Notes under the pieces: model-generated
The model's database searches: none
Seen by the model: the letters and a program-made list of their open reading frames with translations, nothing else
Told to the model about the DNA's origin: nothing
Program-made: the position numbers and the translations under genes
Shown: positions 30,456 through 41,057 of the stretch, piece after piece
Layout of the letters: each line of letters opens with the position of its first letter
How positions within the stretch are numbered: the stretch's first letter is position 1
NCBI GenBank assembly: GCA_036139835.1
Contig: JAYZYW010000066.1
Coordinates: forward strand, 1-47,763
Direction of reading: 5' to 3'
Source of the DNA: Bacteroidota bacterium
GTDB taxonomy: Bacteria > Bacteroidota > Bacteroidia > Flavobacteriales > BACL11
DNA: 47,763 nt

Positions 30456-30902
30456 CTAATAACTAGGAATATCTTCTAAAAATTCAATCTTATTAGTTTG
30501 ATAATCCATAGCACAACAAAAATGTTGCATACCATTAGTCACCACCAAATACTTTACCTTTAACTTAAAATTATATCTAGCAATCTGATTAAAAGTATCT
30601 TGTGTAATTTTCATATTTGGGGCTTTGCATTCGACAATCATATTTGGTATCCCTTCAGCATTATAAAGTACAATATCTGCTCTAGTTTGCAAACTATTAT
30701 ACTTTATCATTTTCTCTACTCCCATCAACCCAAATGGATAGTTTTTTTCATTATTTAAATAATGAAAAAAGTGTTGACGTACCCACTCCTCAGAAGTTAG
30801 TTTAAAATATTTTTTTCTTATTACATCAAAAACTTGTGTAGTTCCTTCAACTAATTTAGTTTTGAGGACAACGTTAGGTAAGTTTAATTTTGGTAAATCC
30901 AT
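30456..30902 (-). CDS. stand-alone HsdR N-terminal-like PD-(D/E)xK domain protein
   Basis: FDVIRKKY..LTSEEWVRQ, RADIVLY, IVECKAP, QIARYN, VVTNG. Confidence 0.85.
   Translation of the reverse strand: MDLPKLNLPNVVLKTKLVEGTTQVFDVIRKKYFKLTSEEWVRQHFFHYLNNEKNYPFGLMGVEKMIKYNSLQTRADIVLYNAEGIPNMIVECKAPNMKITQDTFNQIARYNFKLKVKYLVVTNGMQHFCCAMDYQTNKIEFLEDIPSY
30885..30892 (+). promoter_or_regulatory. -7 element (TAATTTTG) for holA, lying inside the divergent gene
   Basis: Exact TAnnTTTG 22 nt before the holA GTG; only 12 bp intergenic space. Confidence 0.45.
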
Positions 30903-30914
30903 AAAGCAAAATAA

Positions 30915-31916
30915 GTGAATTATAAAGAAATCATAACGTCAATAAGCAATAAAGATGTACAGCCTGTTTATTTTCTAATGGGGAATGAACCCTACTACAT
31001 TGATAAACTCTCTGATGTATTTGCCAAAAATCTACTTAGTGCAGAACAGCAAGAATTCAATCAAATTACACTATACGGAAAAGATATAACTACTGAGCAA
31101 GTCATTGCTGAGTCAAAACAATTTCCATTTGGCGCAAAAAAAAGAGTCGTAATTATAAAAGAAGGACAACAACTAAAAAACATAGAAAAATTAGATTCTT
31201 ACTTAGACAACCCTCAACCAAGTACAGTATTAGTAATTTCATACAAAGGGAAATCAATTGATAAAAGGAAAGTATTTGGGAAAAACTTAGCTAAAAAATG
31301 TATTGTTTTTGAAAGCAATAAACTTTATGATGATAAAATCCCTGCCTGGATTTTGTCTTATATAAATGATCAGGGATATACAATTGATAATAGCGCAACA
31401 GCTGTACTTGCAGAATATATAGGGGCTGATTTATCAAAAATTACTAATGAGCTAGACAAACTAATGTTAGCAGTAAAAAAGGAAGAGAAAATCACCACAG
31501 AACTTATTGAATATCACATTGGTATTAGCAAAGATTATAATGTGTTCGAATTACAAAATGCATTAGGGAGAAAAGATGTAATCAAAGTCAATCAAATTAT
31601 TAATTATTTTGCTAAAAACACAAAAAATCATCACATTGTACCGATACTAAGCGCATTGTTTTCTTTCTTTCAAAAAATAATGGTCTATCATTTTCTAGAA
31701 AATAAAAGTTCAAAATCTACTGCTAGTGCCTTAAAAGTAAATCCCTTTTTTGTTAGCCAATACCAAACAGCTGCAAGAAATTACAATAAAAAACAACTCT
31801 TTTTCATCTTTGAATACCTTAAAGAATATGACCTTAAAAGTAAAGGTGTAAACAATAAATCTACCAACCAAAGTGGACTCTTAAAAGAGCTTGCTTTCAA
31901 AATTCTGCACATATAA
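30915..31916 (+). CDS. holA: DNA polymerase III subunit delta
   Basis: PVYFLMGNEPYYID, FNQITLYGKD, NELDKL, IGISKDYNVFELQNAL. Confidence 0.93.
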   Translation: MNYKEIITSISNKDVQPVYFLMGNEPYYIDKLSDVFAKNLLSAEQQEFNQITLYGKDITTEQVIAESKQFPFGAKKRVVIIKEGQQLKNIEKLDSYLDNPQPSTVLVISYKGKSIDKRKVFGKNLAKKCIVFESNKLYDDKIPAWILSYINDQGYTIDNSATAVLAEYIGADLSKITNELDKLMLAVKKEEKITTELIEYHIGISKDYNVFELQNALGRKDVIKVNQIINYFAKNTKNHHIVPILSALFSFFQKIMVYHFLENKSSKSTASALKVNPFFVSQYQTAARNYNKKQLFFIFEYLKEYDLKSKGVNNKSTNQSGLLKELAFKILHI

Positions 31917-31936
31917 TATCACTATCTTTAATTAGT

Positions 31937-31944
31937 TATATTTG
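31937..31944 (+). promoter_or_regulatory. -7 promoter element (TATATTTG) for the TonB-dependent receptor
   Basis: Exact TAnnTTTG. Confidence 0.6.
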
Positions 31945-31963
31945 CTCCCGATTTTTATAAAAT

Positions 31964-34231
31964 ATGAAAAAATTATTTTTTTTACTTTCAGTGCTACTCA
32001 CCACTACTCTTTACTGTCAGAATTCGCGTTCCTCAACAGGAAATATTAGAGGGTTTGTTTATGAGAAAGAAAGTGGAGAACCTGTAATATTTTGTAATGT
32101 TTTCTTAAAAGGGACTACAATTGGAACTGCTACTGACATTAATGGCATGTACAATATATCAAAAGTAAATGCTGGAAATTATGTTCTAGTTGTCACTTAT
32201 ATTGGGTACGACACTACTGAAGTAAATATTTCTCTAAAAGGAGGACAAATTCTTAACCAAAATCTTGAAATTGGAGAAACAAGTATAAAGCTAAATGAAG
32301 TAACAATTTCTGCTGAAAGGGAAGAAATGAGGACAGAAGTAAAAGTTGCTGCAATAAAGATTAGCAAGCAAGATTTGAAAATGATGCCTACTATTGGTGG
32401 AGAACCGGATTTAGCACAATACATGCAAGTCATCCCTGGAGTTGTTTTCACAGGAGACCAAGGAGGACAACTATACATCAGAGGAGGATCACCAATTCAA
32501 AACAAGGTTTTACTAGATGGAATGATTATCTACAGCCCCTTTCATTCTATTGGGTTATTCTCAGTCTTTGACACTGATATAATAAGAAATACGGATGTCT
32601 ATACAGGAGGGTTTAGTGCAGAATATGGGGGAAGAATTTCTTCCATTATGGATATAAAAACAATAGATGGAAATAAAAAACAAATTGGAGGGAAATTATC
32701 AGCCAACACTTTTGGCTCAAAACTTTTTGTTGAAGGACCTTTAAGCAAGTCAGGAAATTCATCTTTTGTTTTTTCAGGAAAGACTTCTTACTTAGATAAA
32801 AGTTCTAATTTATTTTATAAATACCCGATCCTCTATTTTGATGAAAAAGGGCTTCCGTATTCCTACACTGATTTATATGGAAAAGTTTCATCAAAAGGGA
32901 AAAACGGTTCAAAGATTAGTGTTTTTGGATTTAAATTTACTGACAATGTAAACTATGAAGAAATCTCAGAGTTAGATTGGGACTCAAAAGGAATAGGATC
33001 AGAATTTATTTTAATTCCTGGAGGTTCGCCTATTTTAATTGAAGGGAACTTTGCATGGTCATCTTATGATGTCTCTTTAGATGAAGAGGCTTCCCCTTTA
33101 AGAGAAAGTAACATTCAAGGGTTTAATATGGGATTTGATTTTACTTATTTTCAACCAAAAGGAAAAATAAAATATGGATTCGATATTCACGGATTCTCAA
33201 CTGACTTTTTAACTTATAATTCAACAAATTCTAAGATAGAGCAAAATGAAAATACTTCTGAGTTTTCGGCTTATATAAATTATCAATTTACCGGAACAAG
33301 ATGGATAATAGAGCCAGGATTCAGATTACAAAAATATACACTTGGGCTATCTCCTGAGCCAAGAGTAGGAGTTAAATATATTGCCTCTGAGAAAATGAGA
33401 CTAAAAATGTCATCTGGACTTTACTCTCAAAATATTTTAAGCACAACATCTGATAGAGATGTTGTAAATTTATTTACGGGAATTATTTCATCACCCGAAG
33501 AAATTCCTGAGCAAGAAGATGGGACTCCTTACAAAGACCAGTTTCAAAAAGCAAGACACTTAATTGCTGGTGTAGAATATGATGTAAGTAATAAAATGGA
33601 TTTTCAACTTGAAGGATATATAAAAGATTTTACGCAACTTACAAATATCAATCGAAATATGACATCTAATACTGATAATGAATTTGTTATTGAAAGCGGG
33701 ATTGCAAAAGGTATTGACGCTCTTGTTAAATACAAAAATCAGAAATTATATATTTGGGCTGTTTATTCTCTAGGAATAATTACAAGGACTGATGGCGGAA
33801 ACACTTACTCCCCTCATTTTGACAGAAGACATAATGTGAATTTTGTAACTTCATATAAGTTTGGTAAAAATGCAGGTTGGAAAGCAGATCTTAGATGGAA
33901 TCTTGGTTCTGGATTCCCATTTACACAAACACAAGGTTTTTATGAAAATCTAACTTTTTCAGATGGAATAAATACCAACTATACAACAACAAATGGAGAG
34001 CTAGGTATTCAGTATGCTGAATTAAATGAAGGGAGACTGCCATATTATCATAGACTTGATGCATCAATCTCAAAAAAAATGAAGTTAGGAAAAAAGATTA
34101 ATATGAATATTACCGCCTCAGTAACTAATGCCTATAACAGAGAAAACATTTTCTACTTCAATAGAGTTAAATACGAAAGAGTAAATCAACTTCCTATTAT
34201 GCCAAGTATTGGAGCAAGTATCACATTCTAA
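31964..34231 (+). CDS. TonB-dependent receptor with N-terminal carboxypeptidase-regulatory-like domain
   Basis: Signal peptide, GTATDINGMY/TYIGY N-domain, plug motifs LYIRGG and GGFSAEYGGRISS, PYYHRLD, C-terminal Phe. Confidence 0.92.
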   Translation: MKKLFFLLSVLLTTTLYCQNSRSSTGNIRGFVYEKESGEPVIFCNVFLKGTTIGTATDINGMYNISKVNAGNYVLVVTYIGYDTTEVNISLKGGQILNQNLEIGETSIKLNEVTISAEREEMRTEVKVAAIKISKQDLKMMPTIGGEPDLAQYMQVIPGVVFTGDQGGQLYIRGGSPIQNKVLLDGMIIYSPFHSIGLFSVFDTDIIRNTDVYTGGFSAEYGGRISSIMDIKTIDGNKKQIGGKLSANTFGSKLFVEGPLSKSGNSSFVFSGKTSYLDKSSNLFYKYPILYFDEKGLPYSYTDLYGKVSSKGKNGSKISVFGFKFTDNVNYEEISELDWDSKGIGSEFILIPGGSPILIEGNFAWSSYDVSLDEEASPLRESNIQGFNMGFDFTYFQPKGKIKYGFDIHGFSTDFLTYNSTNSKIEQNENTSEFSAYINYQFTGTRWIIEPGFRLQKYTLGLSPEPRVGVKYIASEKMRLKMSSGLYSQNILSTTSDRDVVNLFTGIISSPEEIPEQEDGTPYKDQFQKARHLIAGVEYDVSNKMDFQLEGYIKDFTQLTNINRNMTSNTDNEFVIESGIAKGIDALVKYKNQKLYIWAVYSLGIITRTDGGNTYSPHFDRRHNVNFVTSYKFGKNAGWKADLRWNLGSGFPFTQTQGFYENLTFSDGINTNYTTTNGELGIQYAELNEGRLPYYHRLDASISKKMKLGKKINMNITASVTNAYNRENIFYFNRVKYERVNQLPIMPSIGASITF

Positions 34232-34301
34232 GTAATACACTATATCTTAATAAACTTTTAATAATTATTTTCACAAGTACAGGTTAATCGTTTACAAATA
34301 G

Positions 34302-34309
34302 TATTTTTG
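34302..34309 (+). promoter_or_regulatory. -7 promoter element (TATTTTTG) for pyrG-yidC
   Basis: Exact TAnnTTTG. Confidence 0.6.
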
Positions 34310-34330
34310 TCCAAACAAAACCTACTGTAA

Positions 34331-35944
<1,614 letters not shown>

Positions 35945-35953
35945 CCAAGAAAA

Positions 35954-37843
35954 ATGGAACAATACGATAAAAATTCAGTAATTGGTGTTGTATTAATGGT
36001 AATTATTGTAATTGTATTTAACACTTTCTTCTTTCCTGAAGTTTCTCAAGAACAGGTCCCCGTTCCTGCTACTACTAAAGTTCCCGTTACTGAATCGCAA
36101 ACACCTGAAACGATAACTGAATCTATTACTCCTACAATAAATGATACTACAATTAGTGACGAGCTCAAAGCAACTTATGGAGTTTTTGCAAATACTGCTA
36201 TTGGTGAAGAAACTTTTCATACTATTGAAAATGATAAATTAAAAATAACAGTTGCTAATAAAGGAGGTAGAATTACCTCAGTAATCTTAAAAGAATACCA
36301 AACATATACATTGGATTCCTTAGACCTATTTTATTTCCCTCATGTACTACTAGATGAGTTTACGGGTGAATTCGGTCCAGATCGCTCCCAAACTGAACAC
36401 TCCCACTTTAATTTGCAATTCATAACTAACAAAAATATTAATACTGCTGATTTATATTTTACTGCAGAGGAATACAATAATTCGTTAAGTATGAAGCTAC
36501 AGATTGATAATAATCGCTATATAGAATACTTATACACAATAAAGGAAGACTATCTTATTGATTTTGACATCAATATTGTAGGAATGGAAGAGCTTATCCC
36601 AACGGCAGTAAATTATATGAAATTAGAGTGGCAAATGAAAACGCCACAAACAGAGAAAAGTAAAACTAATCAGGATATGTATACAGGTATCCAATACCAA
36701 TACAGTGGTAATAATGAAGTTGATTATATAAGTTTCTCTTCAACAGATGAGGAAGAAATAAAGGCTCGATTAAATTGGGTAGCGTTCAAACAACAATTTT
36801 TCAGTGCTATCTTTATTTCTAAAAATGGATTTGAAAAACCAACACACCTAACATCTACAAATAATGAAGAAATAGATGTAGATACTTCAACATATATAAA
36901 AAATCTAGCTGCTGTATTTGAACTTCCCTATAGCCATACTAGAGATGAACGACTCAATTTTCAATTCTATTTTGGACCTAATCATTATAAAACTTTAGAA
37001 GCTTATAATTCTGGATTTGAAGAATTAATACCATTAGGATGGGGAATATTTGGTTGGGTAAATGAATATATTATCATCAATATCTTTGATTTACTAAATA
37101 AATATTTTTTCTCTTACGGAATCATCATTCTGTTACTTACACTAATTATCAAAATAGGGCTTTCTCCTTTTACTTACAAAGCTTTTTTATCGCAAGCAAA
37201 AATGAAGGTGTTAAAACCTGAAATTGATAAAATAACTGAGAAAAATAAAGGAGGAGATCAAATGAAAACTCAGCAAGAGACCATGGCTCTTTACCGAAAA
37301 GCTGGAGTTAATCCGATGGGAGGATGCCTGCCGATGCTTTTTCAATTCCCTATACTTATTGCGATGTTTCAATTCTTTCCTGCATCTATCGAATTAAGGC
37401 AAGAAAGTTTCCTTTGGGCTGATGATTTATCATCATATGATTCTATCTACGATTTCACTGCAGGATTCAGCATTCCCTTTTATGGAGATCATGTTAGTCT
37501 ATTTACTCTACTAATGACGATTTCCACTTTGTTATATACCAAAATGAATTCGTCAATGGCAACAGGACAAATGGCTCAAATGAAATGGATGATGTATCTA
37601 ATGCCTGTTATGTTTCTTGGTTTCTTTAATAATTATGCTGCTGGACTTACTTACTACTATTTCTTAGCAAATATGTTTACCATGACACAACAATACTTTA
37701 TGACACGCTTTATTGATGAAGATGTAATATTAGCACAATTAGAGGCCAACAAAAAGAAACCACCTAAACCAAAATCTAAATTTCAAAAGAAATTAGAGGA
37801 AATGCAAAGACAACAGGAACAGAAAATGAAAAAAAGAAGATAA
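35954..37843 (+). CDS. yidC: membrane protein insertase YidC
   Basis: N-terminal TM, large periplasmic domain, LGWGIFGW, GVNPMGGCLP, IELRQESFLWADDLS. Confidence 0.96.
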   Translation: MEQYDKNSVIGVVLMVIIVIVFNTFFFPEVSQEQVPVPATTKVPVTESQTPETITESITPTINDTTISDELKATYGVFANTAIGEETFHTIENDKLKITVANKGGRITSVILKEYQTYTLDSLDLFYFPHVLLDEFTGEFGPDRSQTEHSHFNLQFITNKNINTADLYFTAEEYNNSLSMKLQIDNNRYIEYLYTIKEDYLIDFDINIVGMEELIPTAVNYMKLEWQMKTPQTEKSKTNQDMYTGIQYQYSGNNEVDYISFSSTDEEEIKARLNWVAFKQQFFSAIFISKNGFEKPTHLTSTNNEEIDVDTSTYIKNLAAVFELPYSHTRDERLNFQFYFGPNHYKTLEAYNSGFEELIPLGWGIFGWVNEYIIINIFDLLNKYFFSYGIIILLLTLIIKIGLSPFTYKAFLSQAKMKVLKPEIDKITEKNKGGDQMKTQQETMALYRKAGVNPMGGCLPMLFQFPILIAMFQFFPASIELRQESFLWADDLSSYDSIYDFTAGFSIPFYGDHVSLFTLLMTISTLLYTKMNSSMATGQMAQMKWMMYLMPVMFLGFFNNYAAGLTYYYFLANMFTMTQQYFMTRFIDEDVILAQLEANKKKPPKPKSKFQKKLEEMQRQQEQKMKKRR

Positions 37844-37849
37844 CTAAAC

Positions 37850-38584
37850 TTAAATCTTCTTTAAAAAAAGATCCATTCCTTCTAACTTCTTAGAATCTAA
37901 CCTGTAAGAAATTTTATTATTCAAATAATCTCTAGGATTTTCACAGTGTGGATAATTGCCCCCTTCCTGAATCAAAGCCTGATCAATATCGCTTAATCCT
38001 TTTTCAAGAGCCTTATTAAAGTTAGTTACAAAACTATTAGAGAGGTTCTTATTAGTTACCCAAGCTGCAAATACAAAAGGTAATCCAGTCATTTTATTCC
38101 AAATAGCTGATAAGTCATAAATATATTGATGCTTCTTGTTCAAATCAAAGGCCCTATCTCCTATTACCACAGCAGCATTTTTTCCGCTAATTTTTTGTTC
38201 AAACCCTTCCTCTGAATCTATAAGCCCTGGCTTCAAGTTCCAATATTCTTTAAGTAATATTTTGAGCAAAGCAACAGAAGTTTTTGACTGATAATCTAAA
38301 GCGATACTTTCAATTTTATCAATAGGAACATCTGAATACAAACAAACTGTCTCAACCGGACCATTAGCACCAATACAATAATTAGAAATAATATGGGCTT
38401 CTTTTAAATTTGGAATAATAACAACAGGGACTAAAGCTAAGTCCACTTCACCATCAATAAATTTATCTGCACAAATTGAAGGATAATCCAACTGCAAATC
38501 AATAGCATCTATCATTTCACTTTGCTTTAATCCATAAATAAAAGGAATCGTATTTAAATAAGAAACAACCGAAATTTTAATCAT
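37850..38584 (-). CDS. mqnA: chorismate dehydratase (futalosine menaquinone pathway), MqnA/MqnD family
   Basis: VSYLNTIPF, IGANGPVETV, SKTSVAL, VIGDRA, TGLPFVFAAW; start at ATG 38584. Confidence 0.88.
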   Translation of the reverse strand: MIKISVVSYLNTIPFIYGLKQSEMIDAIDLQLDYPSICADKFIDGEVDLALVPVVIIPNLKEAHIISNYCIGANGPVETVCLYSDVPIDKIESIALDYQSKTSVALLKILLKEYWNLKPGLIDSEEGFEQKISGKNAAVVIGDRAFDLNKKHQYIYDLSAIWNKMTGLPFVFAAWVTNKNLSNSFVTNFNKALEKGLSDIDQALIQEGGNYPHCENPRDYLNNKISYRLDSKKLEGMDLFLKKI

Positions 38585-39042
38585 CAAAATAGCAAAAAGT
38601 AAATAATATAGATGCTGATACACAATTTCAAAATTGTGCCTGTAATAAAACCCCAAAGAGCACCAAAAGCTATCTTTACTGCATTCTTATCCATTTCAAT
38701 TTTTGCTCCAATATAGGCGCCAATAAAAGCGCCTACCAGAATTCCAAGAGGAGGAAATAAAAAAACTCCTAATAACATACCCACTACTGAACCTCTAATT
38801 GCATACTTCCCTCCACCTGCTTTTTTCACCCCATAAATCTGCAAAAAATAGTCCAGAATAGTAATGATCACGACAACTACTCCTATCCAGAGAAGAGAAT
38901 CTGCATTCATTTTATTAATAAAAAAATGATAGAGTAATAATGCAATATAAGAGAGTAGAGGGCCAGGCAAAACAGGAATAACACTCCCCATTACTCCTAA
39001 AAGTAACAAACCTATAATACCAATCAATATGAGCATTTCCAT
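38584..39042 (-). CDS. DUF456-like membrane protein
   Basis: GSVIPVLPGPLL, GVKKAGGGK, GILVGAFIGAYIG; multiple TM helices; start at ATG 39042. Confidence 0.85.
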   Translation of the reverse strand: MEMLILIGIIGLLLLGVMGSVIPVLPGPLLSYIALLLYHFFINKMNADSLLWIGVVVVIITILDYFLQIYGVKKAGGGKYAIRGSVVGMLLGVFLFPPLGILVGAFIGAYIGAKIEMDKNAVKIAFGALWGFITGTILKLCISIYIIYFLLF

Positions 39043-39046
39043 TTCA

Positions 39047-39054
39047 CAAAAGTA
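39047..39054 (-). promoter_or_regulatory. -7 promoter element (TACTTTTG) 4 nt before the DUF456 ATG
   Basis: TACTTTTG-TGAA-ATG. Confidence 0.6.
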
Positions 39055-39108
39055 GTAAAAAAGCAAATGTAAAATTCATTTCCCAAAGGAGATCTTATTT
39101 AAAATGCT

Positions 39109-39116
39109 TAAATTTG
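39109..39116 (+). promoter_or_regulatory. -7 promoter element (TAAATTTG) for purB
   Basis: Exact TAnnTTTG followed by CGGC. Confidence 0.65.
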
Positions 39117-39140
39117 CGGCCTTTAACAAAAATACAAACA

Positions 39141-40484
39141 ATGGACCTTACTCCTTTGACTGCAATTACGCCAATTGATGGAAGATATATCAGCAAGACC
39201 TCTAGCTTGCAGGCCTACTTTTCTGAAGCTGCTTTAATCAAGTTTAGAGTACAAGTTGAAATTGAATATTTTATTGCACTTTGCAGTGTCTCTATAAAAC
39301 AACTAAATCATTTTCCTAGTGATAAATTCTCAGATTTGAGAGATTTATACATTAACTTTAAAGAAGATGACGCCCAAAGAGTTAAAGATATTGAAAATAT
39401 TACTAATCATGATGTAAAAGCTGTCGAATACTTCCTAAAAGAGGAATTTAACAAATTAGGACTTGAGGAATTTAAAGAGTTTATCCATTTTGGACTAACA
39501 TCACAGGATGTTAACAATACAGCAATTCCTTACTCAATAAAAGAGGCCGTTGAGAAAGTATACCTTCCTAAATTAACAAAAATTGTTGATTTATTAAAAA
39601 TAAGAGCAGAAGAATGGAATGAAATCCCTTTACTTGCAAAAACTCATGGCCAAGCTGCATCCCCCACAAGGATGGGCAAAGAAATTCAAGTTTTTATTGA
39701 AAGAATTGAAAAACAATTAGATTTACTAAAAACCATTCCTTTTAATGCAAAATTTGGAGGGGCAACTGGCAATTTTAATGCTCATCATATTGCATTTCCA
39801 GAAATTGAATGGATAAAATTTGCCAATGATTTTACAGCTAATACATTTAACTTACAAAGGCAACAAACTACAACTCAGATTGAACATTATGATAATTTAG
39901 CTGCACTCATGGGGAACATTAGCAGAATTAACACAATACTAATAGACTTTTCTAGAGACATCTGGGCTTATATTTCTATGGATTATTTCAAACAAAAAAT
40001 TAAAAAAGGAGAAGTTGGTTCGTCAGCAATGCCGCATAAAGTAAATCCAATTGATTTTGAAAATGCTGAAGGGAATCTTGGTATGGCTAATGCAATTTTT
40101 AATTTCTTATCTAGGAAACTACCTGTTTCAAGATTGCAAAGAGATTTAACTGATAGTACAGTTCTAAGAAACGTAGGGACCCCTTTTGCACATACAATGA
40201 TTGCATTGGCATCTTTAAATAGAGGAATAAATAAATTACTTATTAATGAAGTAAATATTAGTGCTGATTTAGAAAAAAATTGGGCAATTGTTTCTGAAGC
40301 AATCCAAACAATATTAAGAAGAGAAGGCTATCCATCCCCTTATGAAGCACTTAAAGAATTAACAAGAACAAACTCCGTAATTAATGCTGAACGAATTGCT
40401 AACTTTATTGACACATTAGATGTAACTGAAACGATAAAATGTGAATTAAAAGCAATTACTCCAAGTAATTATACTGGTATATAA
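39141..40484 (+). CDS. purB: adenylosuccinate lyase
   Basis: PIDGRY, TNHDVKAVEY, HFGLTSQD, THGQ, GSSAMPHKVNPIDFEN, SRLQRDLTDS; start at ATG 39141. Confidence 0.97.
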   Translation: MDLTPLTAITPIDGRYISKTSSLQAYFSEAALIKFRVQVEIEYFIALCSVSIKQLNHFPSDKFSDLRDLYINFKEDDAQRVKDIENITNHDVKAVEYFLKEEFNKLGLEEFKEFIHFGLTSQDVNNTAIPYSIKEAVEKVYLPKLTKIVDLLKIRAEEWNEIPLLAKTHGQAASPTRMGKEIQVFIERIEKQLDLLKTIPFNAKFGGATGNFNAHHIAFPEIEWIKFANDFTANTFNLQRQQTTTQIEHYDNLAALMGNISRINTILIDFSRDIWAYISMDYFKQKIKKGEVGSSAMPHKVNPIDFENAEGNLGMANAIFNFLSRKLPVSRLQRDLTDSTVLRNVGTPFAHTMIALASLNRGINKLLINEVNISADLEKNWAIVSEAIQTILRREGYPSPYEALKELTRTNSVINAERIANFIDTLDVTETIKCELKAITPSNYTGI

Positions 40485-40498
40485 CTCTGGAATTGAAA

Positions 40499-41056
40499 CT
40501 AAAAATTAAGTTTATTTTTTTCAAGATATTCTTCCCAATTCCAAATAAAATGGGTTAACAAATTCTTTAATTCATTTAAAAATATAGGATTTGGCTTGTT
40601 CTTTTTCTTAAATAAATCTCCTTGAAAATCATTTATATTATACTTTTCAAAAATAGCATGAGCCATTACATTTATCGGAAATTCATGCTTTACTAATAAC
40701 TCTTTAAAATAATTTTCATAATCCAAAAACCTCTCAATAGCCAAGTGCTGAGCATTTCCTTCAATATCTTTATATATCTCATCTAAGATTAATGTTCTAA
40801 GAGTAGACGCCTCATCTTCTTCAAAATATAAATCTAAATTTTTCATATTACCTAAAAACACAACATTTGAGAACCAATCAATATCAGCATCATTTAAATT
40901 AGGTTTTCCTTCAAGGTTATTATTATTGTTTATAAAATCCTTGATTTCAATAAACCCTTCTGAAATTACATTCTGCAATAAAGCAACATAAATAGACGCA
41001 GCTGTAGCTGGCTTTACTTTTTTCTTTTTTGAAAGTAACCCTAAAAATTTTATCAT
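40499..41056 (-). CDS. hypothetical protein (185 aa)
   Basis: Uninterrupted ORF 1 bp after the lhgO stop; no recognised motif. Confidence 0.75.
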   Translation of the reverse strand: MIKFLGLLSKKKKVKPATAASIYVALLQNVISEGFIEIKDFINNNNNLEGKPNLNDADIDWFSNVVFLGNMKNLDLYFEEDEASTLRTLILDEIYKDIEGNAQHLAIERFLDYENYFKELLVKHEFPINVMAHAIFEKYNINDFQGDLFKKKNKPNPIFLNELKNLLTHFIWNWEEYLEKNKLNF

Positions 41057-41057
41057 T

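Noticed and set aside
30456-30902. Type I restriction-modification system
   Set aside because: Only the N-terminal domain is present; no helicase, hsdM or hsdS.
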